DNA of 64,000 bases from NCBI GenBank assembly GCA_023213235.1, contig CP096137.1:2728908-2792907 (forward strand). The letters are read 5' to 3'. The first letter of the stretch is position 1. Every line of letters begins with the position of its first letter. The notes beneath the pieces are model-generated. The model ran no database searches. It saw nothing but the letters and a program-made list of their open reading frames with translations, and was not told the DNA's origin. Position numbers and translations under genes: made by a program. Shown piece after piece: positions 36,320 through 45,566 of the stretch. This DNA is from Elusimicrobiota bacterium. GTDB taxonomy: Bacteria > Elusimicrobiota > Elusimicrobia > UBA1565 > UBA9628.

Positions 36320-38258
36320 TCAATCGAGCCCGAACAGGCGCTTCCACCAGGGCCGCTCCGCGGGCGCGGGCGCCGCCGCGGCGGGGGCCAGTTCCTCGCG
36401 CTTGAGCGGCATCGTGAAGTAGAACGCGGTGCCGCGTCCGACCTCGCTCTCGAGCCACATGCGGCCGCCGTGCAGCTCGACCATCGACTTGGCGATCGGC
36501 AGGCCGAGGCCCGTGCCGCCGACGTTGTGCGGCGAGGCGACCTGCTGGAATTTCTCGAAGACGCGTTCGCGGTTCTCCGGCGCGATGCCGCACCCGTTGT
36601 CGCGCACGGCGAAGGTCACGAAGCTCACGTCGCCGGTCAGCATCGCGGCGCCGACGGCGACGGTGCCCTGCTTCGGCGTGAACTTCAGGGAGTTCGAGAT
36701 CAGGTTCACGAGCACCTGGACGGTCTTGCCCTCGTCGGCGAGGACCTCGGGCAGGTTCGGATCCGGCGTGAAGACGAGGTTGATCTGCTTCTTCGTCGCC
36801 CACGGCTTGAGGCCGTCGACGGCCTGGGAGCAGAGCTTGTTCGGGTCGCAGGCCTTCGGGTACACGCTCATCTGGCCGGACTCGAGCTTCGAGAAATCGA
36901 GGATGTTGGTGACCAAGGTGGACAGCCGCGCGGTGTTCGCGAGGCACGCCGTGAACAGCGCCATCTGCTGCTCGTCGAGCTTGTTCTTGAACGCGCGCAG
37001 GAGCAGCTCGAGCCCGGCCTGGATCGAGGCCAGCGGCGAGCGCAGCTCGTGCGTCATGTGGGCGACGAACTCGTTCTGCATCGCCTCCACTTTTTGTGCG
37101 CGGCGAGGTCCGTCAGCGCGAGCACCATGCCGACGACGCGGCCGCTCTCGTTCTTGACGACGGCCCACGAGGATCGGATCAGCATCTTGGTCTTGTCGGC
37201 GCCGCGGACCTCGATGTCCTTGCTGAGCGGCTTGTCGATCGCGGCCTCGATCTCGGCGGCGAGCGCGACGACCATCTTCGCGTCGCTCTTCGCGTTGACG
37301 GGCTTGCCGGCGACCTCGGCGAGCTTGGAGCCGTAGATCTCCTCGGCGGCCGGGTTCATCATCATGATCCGGGCCTGCTCGTCGACGATGATCGCGCCGG
37401 CGCCGACGTTGCTGAGGATGTTCTCCGTGCGGGCGCGCTCGAACTCGACGACGCCCTTTTCCTTGCGCACGATGAGCGTCGCGCTCTCGACGTTCTTCTC
37501 GATGTCCTTGCGCAGCTTCTCCATGATCAGCTTGAAGAGGACGAACTCCTCCTCCGGAGTGCGCGCGACCTTCTTGATGAGGAGCTGGATCGACGCCTCG
37601 AGGCTCTCGCCCTCGATCTGCTTCTGGACGGACTCGCCTTTCTCCGCCTCGGGGAGTCCCCGCCCTTGCCGTCGCCCTTGGCCGCGGGCTTGCCGTCGGC
37701 GCCGACCTCGGCGTAGACGGCCTCGCTGAGGACGATGTTCTTGACGCCCGCGTCGTGGAGATACTGCTTCGCGTCGACCTTCTGGTCATACGGAAGGGAC
37801 GCGAGCTGGCAGATGACGATCATCTCCCGGATCTCAAGCCCTTCTCGGAACGTGACGCTGGAAAGCTTGTAGCGGTCGATGAGGACGCTGACGGGGCCGC
37901 CGATCTGCTTGACCGTGCCGATGATGCGGCGGTTGACGATCCACTTGTCCTGATCCTTCGCGTAGACGAGCGCGCCCTGCGGCGCGCCCTTGAGCGCCGC
38001 GACGATCAGGGCCTGCGCGCCCTGCATCGTCTCGAGGACGGACGGGTGCTCGGGGCCGTACAGGCCGAGCTGGGTCACGGTCTTGCCGAACGCCGACAGG
38101 GCCTCGAGACACGACGCCTCGAACTCGGTCTTCACCGGCGCGGCGGCCGGCGCCGCCGTCTCGGCGGCGGGCGCGGGCGACACGGCCTCGGGCTCGGACG
38201 GCAGCTCGATGGAGAAATCGCCGGAGGGCGGAAGGTTCAGCGGGTCGAGAGGATCCAT
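36320..38258 (-). CDS. sensor histidine kinase with N-terminal unknown domain and PAS domain, frame broken twice
   Basis: ORFs 37527-38258, 37054-37524 and the end of 36320-37789 join at about 37655 (G/C run) and 37091-37095 (T5/A5 run). PAS: ILSNVGAGAIIVDEQARIMMMNPAAEEIYG. H-box FVAHMTHELRSPL. HATPase NLISNSLKFT, DNGCGI, GTGLGLPIAKSMV. Confidence 0.8.
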
Positions 38259-38330
38259 ATTAAAGAGAAGGCGGTAGGAGGGTAACGTCCCTTTCGATTT
38301 TCGTCAAGCGGCGAATTTGGAATCTGGATT

Positions 38331-38339
38331 TGCTATACT
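38331..38339 (+). promoter_or_regulatory. possible extended -10 promoter element for tRNA-Asp
   Basis: TGcTATACT at 38331-38339, 11 nt upstream of the mature tRNA 5' end. No convincing -35 hexamer. Confidence 0.3.
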
Positions 38340-38350
38340 CAGCGTGTTGC

Positions 38351-38428
38351 GGGGCCGTGGTGTAGCTGGCCTAACACGCCGCCCTGTCAAGGCGGAGATC
38401 GCGGGTTCAAATCCCGTCGGCCCCGCCA
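38351..38428 (+). tRNA. tRNA-Asp (anticodon GTC), CCA encoded
   Basis: GGGGCCG-TG-GTGT-AGCTGGCCTA-ACAC-G-CCGCC-CTGTCAA-GGCGG-AGATC-GCGGG-TTCAAAT-CCCGT-CGGCCCC-G-CCA. All four stems pair, with one G-T in the T stem. Confidence 0.9.
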
Positions 38429-40122
38429 GTTTTGACACTCGACGAACCCGTCTCCAGAACAATTCTGGAGGCGGGTTCGCTTGTTTCCGGGCCAAATTCC
38501 GGCCCCTGGAGACCGGCGCAGGGGTCACTATCCAGCCCCACGGCCATCCGCAGCTCCGAGAGCCGGACCTGGCCGATCATCTTCTTGACCAGCTCCCTCT
38601 TCTTGTAGGGCGCCATCTCGGAGAAAACGCGCCCGAAGTCGCGCAGCAGGTCCTTAACGGCGGTCTTTTGGATCATGTTTTTATCCATCTCCTGCGACAT
38701 CCGGTCTAAGGACTCCAGGCTCTTAAGGACCTGACCCCGTCGGCCGATGATCGCGTCGAGGCGCTCCTGCAGAAACTTCTGCGCCTCCCCGGTCATGACA
38801 TCCTTCGTGGCTGCGGCCGAGTGCGCCTCGGCCGTGAGGCGCTTGAGTTCCGCGGCCTGCAACTCTCGCTGTTCGGCGATCTTAGGCAGCTCCTCTCGCA
38901 GCTTGAGGTTGGCCATGGCGACGAGCTTGTCCACCTTGCTCTCGTCACCCAGGAGGTGTTGAAGACGCCATCTGACCAGATCCTCCACCGCCCGCGCCGG
39001 AATCCGGGTGCGGCACTTACGGCACTGGTAATACGAGTGGACAGTCTTGTTCCGACTCGTGCCGGACACGCCGCGCATCTCTCCCGTGCACTTCTCGTCC
39101 GGCTTGTTCTTATCGATGATGCGGTCGCAGCGGAGCAAGCCCTCCCCGAACAAGTAAACATGGCTCGGCTTCCTCACGCCGTTGTGCCTCGTCTTCAAGT
39201 TCGTGCCCATGAGCTTCTGCACGTCGTTGAAGAGCTTGTCGGTCACGATCCGATCCCAGACGGCCGGCACGATCCGATACTCGCCCTGTTGCTTTCCCTT
39301 CTTAGGCTTGTGGTCCAAGCTCCACTTGTTGATCTCGGCTTGACCGATATAGGCGCGGTTCGTCAGGATGCGCTTCACCGTGCTGAACGTGAAGGGTCTA
39401 TCCGTATGCCGCACGCCGCGACGGGACCGGAATCCCTGCATCCTAAACCCGGCCGCGTTGGCCGCCGCCTTCACGGCCTGGATGGAGCCGAGCTTCAAGA
39501 ACTGCCGGAAGAGCCAGACGACGATCTTAGCCTCCCGAGGATTGACCCTCAGATATCCCGGGCGCTTCGGATTGAGATCGAACCCGAACAAACGGTTGCT
39601 CACCCACAAGCCTCTCTCCGAGCGCGCCTGGATGCTGTCTTTCATTCGCTGGGAGTCGACCTCGATCTCGAATTGATTCAGCGCCATCAAGATCGTCATG
39701 ATCAGCCGGCCGTGAGCGCTCGTCGTGTCGATGTTCTCGCGAAGAGAAATGATCGCGCCGTTCTTTTCCTTGAGGATGCGCACGAAGGCGAAGAAATCCT
39801 CGATCGACCTTGAGAAGCGGCTAAGCCCCATGCAAACGATGGTGTTGATCCGGCCCCGCTTCAGGTCCGAGATCAGCCTCTGGTATTCATATCGGCGCGT
39901 GGCCTCGGCGGCCGTCTTAGGTTCCTCCAAGTAGTAGTCGACGACGTTCCACGTATTGGTGGAACCGTCTTCGTTCCGCGAGTCCAACACTTCCTCCGCC
40001 TCCTTCTTCCCCTTAAGGAACTTGTCGACGAATTGCCGCTGATTTTTCAGGGAGCCTTCCTTAACCTTCGCCTGCTTCTTTCCCGACACTCGGATATAAA
40101 CGCCCACGTTTCTGATCATCAC
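38407..40122 (-). CDS. large serine recombinase (resolvase catalytic domain + recombinase domain + zinc ribbon + coiled coil)
   Basis: VGVYIRVSGKKQ (catalytic Ser region), LSRFSRS, GAIISLRENIDTTSAHGRLIMTILMALNQFEIE, then RILTNRAYIGQ, Cys pairs C...C / CRKC, and a long helical tail. The last 22 nt including the stop overlap tRNA-Asp. Confidence 0.85.
   Translation of the reverse strand: MMIRNVGVYIRVSGKKQAKVKEGSLKNQRQFVDKFLKGKKEAEEVLDSRNEDGSTNTWNVVDYYLEEPKTAAEATRRYEYQRLISDLKRGRINTIVCMGLSRFSRSIEDFFAFVRILKEKNGAIISLRENIDTTSAHGRLIMTILMALNQFEIEVDSQRMKDSIQARSERGLWVSNRLFGFDLNPKRPGYLRVNPREAKIVVWLFRQFLKLGSIQAVKAAANAAGFRMQGFRSRRGVRHTDRPFTFSTVKRILTNRAYIGQAEINKWSLDHKPKKGKQQGEYRIVPAVWDRIVTDKLFNDVQKLMGTNLKTRHNGVRKPSHVYLFGEGLLRCDRIIDKNKPDEKCTGEMRGVSGTSRNKTVHSYYQCRKCRTRIPARAVEDLVRWRLQHLLGDESKVDKLVAMANLKLREELPKIAEQRELQAAELKRLTAEAHSAAATKDVMTGEAQKFLQERLDAIIGRRGQVLKSLESLDRMSQEMDKNMIQKTAVKDLLRDFGRVFSEMAPYKKRELVKKMIGQVRLSELRMAVGLDSDPCAGLQGPEFGPETSEPASRIVLETGSSSVKTGGADGI
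38445..38487 (+). terminator. intrinsic terminator-like hairpin after tRNA-Asp
   Basis: GAACCCGTCTCCAGAA-CAA-TTCTGGAGGCGGGTTC (16-bp stem with one T-G pair) followed by GCTTGTTT. It lies inside the 3' end of the recombinase ORF on the other strand. Confidence 0.6.
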
Positions 40123-40484
40123 ACGCTCTCCTTTTCAGCAGAAATCTCGCGGAGCAGTTCCCGCGCCGTCGTGACCAACTTCTCCGCCTTCTCGACGCAT
40201 GGCTGAAGCCCATCGGACGCGCGTCGGCGCAGGTGCAATTCCAGCAGCACTTCGCTCAGGCACTCGAGGCTCATGGCCTCGGCATCCTCTCGCAGAGGTT
40301 TAACATGGCCCTGCGGCAAGTCGCACTCGTGGTAAGGCGGCGGCTGAATCCGGCCGCCCTTCTTGACTCCACGAAGCAGCGAATCGAGTTCGCTCTTCTC
40401 CATGAAGCCGACGCCGGACATATAGATGAACATGGGTTCTCCTGGACGCAGTAGGGTTCCCCATGACAGAACAGGCCAGCGCAC
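40119..40484 (-). CDS. hypothetical protein upstream of the recombinase
   Basis: 121-aa ORF (shorter if it starts at MFIYM or MEKSEL). Its stop overlaps the recombinase start (ATGA). No motif recognised. Confidence 0.4.
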   Translation of the reverse strand: MRWPVLSWGTLLRPGEPMFIYMSGVGFMEKSELDSLLRGVKKGGRIQPPPYHECDLPQGHVKPLREDAEAMSLECLSEVLLELHLRRRASDGLQPCVEKAEKLVTTARELLREISAEKESV

Positions 40485-40636
40485 GGGGTGTGTCCAGAGC
40501 CGCAGGAATCAGCGGCTATAAAGTCCGACAATTTTCCGACAAGAGGCGCAGCTGGGAGCCGCGCTCGAACGCCTGTCAGCATTGTGGCACGAAAATTCCA
40601 AAGTTTCAATGCCTTTGGCGCCTTCATAACGCACCC

Positions 40637-41914
40637 TTATACCTGCTCCTGCTCGAGACAGGTGGGCTCTGGCGCCGGATCGTGGAGGAGATAGTGGTGC
40701 GCGACGCCCGACAAGCTGTTCGCCTTCACGAGAACAAGATCGCGTCCCTTGCCGATCTTGTCGAGCATCCCTTTAAAAACCAGCGCGGAGGCCGCGTCCA
40801 TGACGATCGTGCGGCTCCGCATGTAGAAAAAGTCCTGGTCGATGAGAGCGGCCAACCGCTGCAACAGGCTCGGATGGAGCGACCGTAGCTCGCCGTCGAG
40901 ACCAAGCTCTCCGCACAGGATCGGATCGTCCCGAAGAGGCAGCTGCAGATAGGAGCTAAGGAACGCCATGGCTATCGCCAAGTCGTGCTCCGGCAGATAC
41001 TTCCGAGAACCCGGCAAGCTGCAGGTCACCAAACTGCCGAAGCCTCCGACATCCACGCTCATGCCCCTAAGAATGCTCGTGATCTTCTGATATCCGTGTT
41101 TTGCCAACCCGTTCAGCGCCGGCCGCCGGGATCGGCAGTTGATGTTGAACTCCACCTTCGCCTCGATCTCGGCAATCCCGTGCGAGTCAAACGCCGCGGT
41201 CTTGGCCACGACCACGTCCTCGTTGCGCTGGGCGAGGAAAAGCCGCCCAATGCGGTCGACAGTGCAGACGACAGGCTCGGCCGAGGATGGGCCGAAGCGG
41301 TTCTTCGAGACGTGCAGTAGGCGATAGGCGAATGCCCGCCTTATACTGAAGACCGCGTCCACCTCGTGCTCGAGCTTCTTTGGTCCGGCGATCTGGAGGT
41401 CCTTGCGGACGTGAGCGACGTAGAACGTCGCGATATTCTGAATTCGAAGAAACTGCATCAGCCCGAAGAGCTTCTCCCATTCCCCCTGCGCCGAGGGGCC
41501 AATTCCAAGCCCCTGAAGCGAGTCGACGACCAGAACCCGATGCGGGAACGATACACTGGGCCGCGAGATAAGGTTGCTGAGCGTTTCGAGACTGTCCGCC
41601 TCGTGGATTTTGACCAGCGGAATTCCTTTCTCAGTTCCCACCGCCTGCAGGCGCCTCTGGAGTTCAGGCCGCTTCTGCTCGCTGGTGATATACGCGCAGG
41701 GGACTCCCGCCTCAGCGAATCCATTCAGCGCCTGCAGAAGTAACGTCGACTTGCTGACGCCAGGTTCGCCGGACAGCAGCAGTTGCTGGCCAGCCACAAT
41801 CCCATCGGGGAACAGCCTCTCCGAAAGTAATTCCATCGCGCATGGAATCACCGCAGGCGCCTGAGCATCCTTTCTATCGTTAGACGGCGTCATACTATCC
41901 CCCTCGCGCCCCAC
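40637..41914 (-). CDS. RadA/Sms-like ATPase with Lon-protease-like C-terminal domain, lacking the N-terminal zinc finger
   Basis: Walker A LLLSGEPGVSKSTLLLQ, Walker B RVLVVDSLQ, RadA-specific VSKNRFGPS, Lon-like C-terminus ...LCGELGLDGELRS... Confidence 0.75.
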   Translation of the reverse strand: MGREGDSMTPSNDRKDAQAPAVIPCAMELLSERLFPDGIVAGQQLLLSGEPGVSKSTLLLQALNGFAEAGVPCAYITSEQKRPELQRRLQAVGTEKGIPLVKIHEADSLETLSNLISRPSVSFPHRVLVVDSLQGLGIGPSAQGEWEKLFGLMQFLRIQNIATFYVAHVRKDLQIAGPKKLEHEVDAVFSIRRAFAYRLLHVSKNRFGPSSAEPVVCTVDRIGRLFLAQRNEDVVVAKTAAFDSHGIAEIEAKVEFNINCRSRRPALNGLAKHGYQKITSILRGMSVDVGGFGSLVTCSLPGSRKYLPEHDLAIAMAFLSSYLQLPLRDDPILCGELGLDGELRSLHPSLLQRLAALIDQDFFYMRSRTIVMDAASALVFKGMLDKIGKGRDLVLVKANSLSGVAHHYLLHDPAPEPTCLEQEQV

Positions 41915-41943
41915 GATGCAGCCCTAGATGCCCAGCGCGCCGA

Positions 41944-42276
41944 CTACTTGGTCTTCTTGTCTTTTCCTACGACCATCTGCATCAACGCCTCGATCGTCTC
42001 ACCAGCGTCTTTAAGTCGATCGCCCTGGAGCGAATACCAGACGAACTGCCCGATCCGCCGCTTCTGAACGAGCCCAGCCTTCTCAAGAATTTGCAGTTGC
42101 TCGCAGATGTGCGACTTCGACATCTTGCGAAACGCCGAGAGTCCGTCGACGATGGTGTTCAATCCCATAGAGCCGACCGGAGTAGCCTTCAAGATGGCGA
42201 CAATCTGCAGCCGCACAGGGCTGGCGAGAGCCTCCAGGACCTCCAAGGTCTTCTTCTCGTTGCTTTGTTTCGTCAT
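41944..42276 (-). CDS. ArsR-family winged-helix transcriptional regulator
   Basis: ALASPVRLQIVAILK...MSKSHICEQLQILEKAGLVQKRRIGQFVWYSL. Confidence 0.8.
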   Translation of the reverse strand: MTKQSNEKKTLEVLEALASPVRLQIVAILKATPVGSMGLNTIVDGLSAFRKMSKSHICEQLQILEKAGLVQKRRIGQFVWYSLQGDRLKDAGETIEALMQMVVGKDKKTK

Positions 42277-42314
42277 ATTCGTATATACCTACCGATAAGC
42301 CCTAAAAAAAGCGC

Positions 42315-42746
42315 CTACTCTCGATGCAATATCTCCTTGAGTTGCTGCAGCCGCCATCCCACGAACTTCCGATTCAAGTAGCAATTCGTATGAATGCCGT
42401 TCTTCTCGGTCACGATCACTTTGGCTTCCCGCAAGATGGTCAAGTGCTGTGAAATCGTGCTCGATCTTACGCCCAGAGCCTGCGCGAGTTGCCCGACATC
42501 CATCGGCTCCTTCTTCGCCAGCAGCGCGATGAGCCGCAGCCTCGTGCTGTCCGCCACCCCACGAAGAAGTGGCATCACACGATCGACCCACTTGCCGGTC
42601 AAGAAGAAGTCGTGCGCGGCGCCGGAGCCCAAGCTCATGGACTTCGCCTGCTCGCGGGCCACAGCTTCCTCCGCCTCATCCGCCTTAATGGCGGCCTCGG
42701 CGACGTGCTCAATCGAAAATCCTGCCCGGTTCTTGGTTCGAGTCAT
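42315..42746 (-). CDS. ArsR-family winged-helix transcriptional regulator with N-terminal extension
   Basis: VADSTRLRLIALLAKKEPMDVGQLAQALGVRSSTISQHLTILREAKVIVTEKNGIHTNCYL. Confidence 0.8.
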   Translation of the reverse strand: MTRTKNRAGFSIEHVAEAAIKADEAEEAVAREQAKSMSLGSGAAHDFFLTGKWVDRVMPLLRGVADSTRLRLIALLAKKEPMDVGQLAQALGVRSSTISQHLTILREAKVIVTEKNGIHTNCYLNRKFVGWRLQQLKEILHRE

Positions 42747-42892
42747 ACGGTATTTCAGTATCTACCGAATAGTCTACCAGTGCTTTTAGTTTCTGTCAAG
42801 GGGCGCTCCGATCCCCTCAGAGGGGGCTTCTGGGAACCCCTACCCCAAAGAGGTATGATATACATTCCAAAAATATAGAAATTGCGTGACAA

Positions 42893-45174
42893 TTGAAGCT
42901 ATTTATTAACTCGTTAAATGAATACCGTGACGCCACGTTTTTCAAAAACGCATTCCGCCTACTCGGCTTGCCTGGGATTTCCCAGTTGGATTCAATCCAA
43001 AAGGCCGAGGGAGCACTGCGTCGAGCGCTAAAACTTAAGGCCCTTAAGCCGACAGCCTGGGATCTCCCTGGCTGGGCCCCCTCGATCGCACGGAGCCGAG
43101 CGTTCGCGAAGCCCTCGGGAACCTCACAAGCAATCCGCTGGGCCGCTTGAACGAACGCATCTTCTGGTTCGATGGCGATATTCCTCCGGCGTCGCTTGGC
43201 AAGGACTTGCTCGATCAGGCCCTAGAGAACACTTTGGCCGGCGGAGCCATGGAGAGCGTCCATGATCACGCCCTCTTATGCCTTCTAGCAGCAATTCACA
43301 ATGACCCCGATTTTCGAGATCCTCAGCGCTGGGCTAAGGCCTTCGAAGCCTGGAAACGCCTCGCTGATGACGAAGATTATTGGGGTGCTGTCCTGGAATC
43401 AGAGATGGGCGGCGGGTTCGAGCCTGCCGCGACTGCCGATGAGATCGAACAAGTCCGCGGCAAGATTCTCGCCCAAGTCGCCGACATCGTGGCAGGGATG
43501 GCTCGTGAAGCCGTAGCACAAGGGCAGGATGATCGCTTTCAGCGCGCTGTAAAAGCACTCCGCGCCTCTGATCTGCCGACAGACCTGGTGACCAAGGTCG
43601 AGAACGAGACCTTCGGCTCACGAGAAGACAGCTTCTCGTCGAGGTGCACGGCCCTCCGCCGCGAATGTGGCGATAAGATTGAACGGGATGAAGCCGGCGT
43701 GGACGGCAATAGGGCAGCCTGCGCCGCGGCGTTAGCGAAGTTTGATGCGGAGCTTCAGCCCGAACTGTTCAAGCTGACGAGCTTAGCCGGTGCCACCAGT
43801 GACATTAGCCGTCGCTCGCGAGAAGCTGCTGCGTCGCTTTTGATGAGCATCGCGATCGACTACACTTGGGCCAACGAATTCATCACTAGCGAGAAGCTCC
43901 TAAACCGAGCTAAAGAATTGGCCCCCGAGGACTCGATAGTTAGCGAGAAGATCGAGGAGCAACTATCCGACGTCGCCGAGGCCGCTCAAAGTCAGCGGTT
44001 TCCGAAGGGATCTAAGCCTCTTGGCGACACCCCAGAGGATAAATTCGAGGCGCTTTGCATGGCGGTTCGAGTGAAATGCCGAGACAGCATTCGCCGAGAG
44101 GATGACGGCGTGTCGGCGAACCGGAAGGCCTGCGAAGCAGCCCTCGGTCGCTTCGACACTGAAATAAAACCCTCTCTAGAGCAATTGCTCAAAACAGTCG
44201 GCGCCGACTCTCCCGAAGGCCGCAGGGCACGGGACACAGCTGCGATGTGCCTGCATAGCATAGGGATCGATTTGACTTGGGCTAACGAGTTCAAGATCGC
44301 GGAAGCCACTCTCGGTGAAGGACTCGCCCTCGTGCCGCCAAAATCCGCAACAGCCCGCAAAATTGCGGATTCTCTCGAGAAGTTTCCTCGCTCGAAGTCC
44401 AAAAAGGAATCACCGAAGGCCCCCTCCGGGCGGTCCAGCGCCGCCAACGACAAGCCTGCTGCTCGGAAGCGTGAATGGGAACGGATAGACCCAATAAAAT
44501 CGGCGCCGGAGCTGCGCACGATCAACGGGATAGGGTTCACGCTCTATGGCAACACGGACCCAGAACCAATTGATCCCAAATCGGGTTACACAGGAAATTC
44601 CTACCTGACGACGTATTATTTCGTTGTTCTCGCAATCCCGGTCATTCCAATCGCTCGGTATCGAGTCATCTACACGGGAGATAAGCGCTACCTGTTCCTG
44701 CACAAAGCCCCTCTCAGGACTTTCGACAAAGTGCACCTTGGGATTTCAATCGCTCTCTGTCTCTGGTTCTTCTTCGCAGTGAATCAAGGCTCAAGCAGCT
44801 CCAGTTACTCAGGTAGCACGTCTTCGAGTTCCAGCTACTCATCTTCTCAGCGCAGCAGATCTTCCCTCCGAACGGATATCGAGAGCAATAAGCGCCGCAT
44901 CCAGGAACTCGAAGGTCAGCTCAAGATCGGGGGCGCGGAGATCGAGCGACTCAAAGGCGAAATCATGCCGCTCAAAAAACAAATTGAGGATTACGAGTCT
45001 GATGCCAAGCTCGGGAACTACGTCGATCAAGATGCCTATCAGAAGGCGATTGACGATCACAACGCTCTGGTTGGCCAGCTGAAGGCCGAAGGAGCAAGCT
45101 ACAAGAAGATTTTCGCGGAATACGATCCACTAGTCGACAAGACGAACGGTCTGATTCGGGAATACAAGAGATAA
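42893..45174 (+). CDS. J-domain-like (no HPD) N-terminus + two internal ~110-aa repeats + two TM helices + Ser-rich linker + coiled coil; frame broken once
   Basis: ORF 42893-43150 (…FFKNAFRLLGLPGISQLDSIQKAEGALRRALKLKALKPTAWDLP) joins the frame of ORF 43147-45174 (WLGPLDRTEPSVREALGNLTSNPLGRLNERIFWFDG…) by a 1-nt shift near 43070-43075. TM helices YYFVVLAIPVIPIA and VHLGISIALCLWFFFAV. SSSSSYSGSTSSSSSYSSS. C-terminal heptad-like region. Confidence 0.6.
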
Positions 45175-45176
45175 AC

Positions 45177-45566
45177 ATGGCAGACGCCGCGACCATCGAG
45201 ACCCCGCTGCAAGCGTTGATCGACTTGGCGATTGACCACTGGCGACTCAGCCGCTGGCTATTGGGCTCCGAGAACGATCGGACCAAGGCGACGCCCAGAC
45301 AGACAGTCAGGCGTTTAGAATCGTTTTTTGCTGATCGTGAGATTTCCATCCTCGACATCACCGGCAGGCCCTATGAAGCCGGGCTGCCCGTTGAGGTGCC
45401 GGATACAATCGACGATCCGAATCTGCCGAACGGCGAAATTGTCGTTGATGAAGTCCTGTCCCCCATCATTCTGTGGCGCAAGAACGTGGTCCGTCACGCC
45501 AAAATTGTAGTCCGCCGCGGCCAAGGCGCGCCGAAGGCGACAAGCAGCGAGGACTCTAAGTCATGA
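45177..45566 (+). CDS. mini-GrpE-like nucleotide-exchange-factor homologue
   Basis: 129 aa. LQALIDLAIDHWRL and ITGRPYEAGLPVEVPDTIDDPNLPNGEIVVDEVLSPIILWRKNVVRHAKIVVRRG align by eye with GrpE (LLPVIDSLDRAL ... G.PFDP..H.A......pg.vv.v...GY....r.lR.A.V.V). The long N-terminal helix of GrpE is absent. Confidence 0.6.
   Translation: MADAATIETPLQALIDLAIDHWRLSRWLLGSENDRTKATPRQTVRRLESFFADREISILDITGRPYEAGLPVEVPDTIDDPNLPNGEIVVDEVLSPIILWRKNVVRHAKIVVRRGQGAPKATSSEDSKS

Noticed and set aside
38317-38709. 130-aa plus-strand ORF and 74-aa minus-strand ORF (38304-38528) across the tRNA-Asp region
   Set aside because: They overlap a well-folding tRNA and its terminator and have no protein-like features. They are by-products of the tRNA and recombinase-tail sequence.
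42893-43150. Separate 85-aa gene upstream of the 675-aa membrane protein
   Set aside because: The last ~25 aa of the short ORF look unnatural (…PSIARSRAFAKPSGTSQAIRWAA). The frame of the next ORF is open upstream and reads naturally (WLGPLDRTEPSVREALGNLTSNPLGRL). One C-run indel near 43072 joins them.
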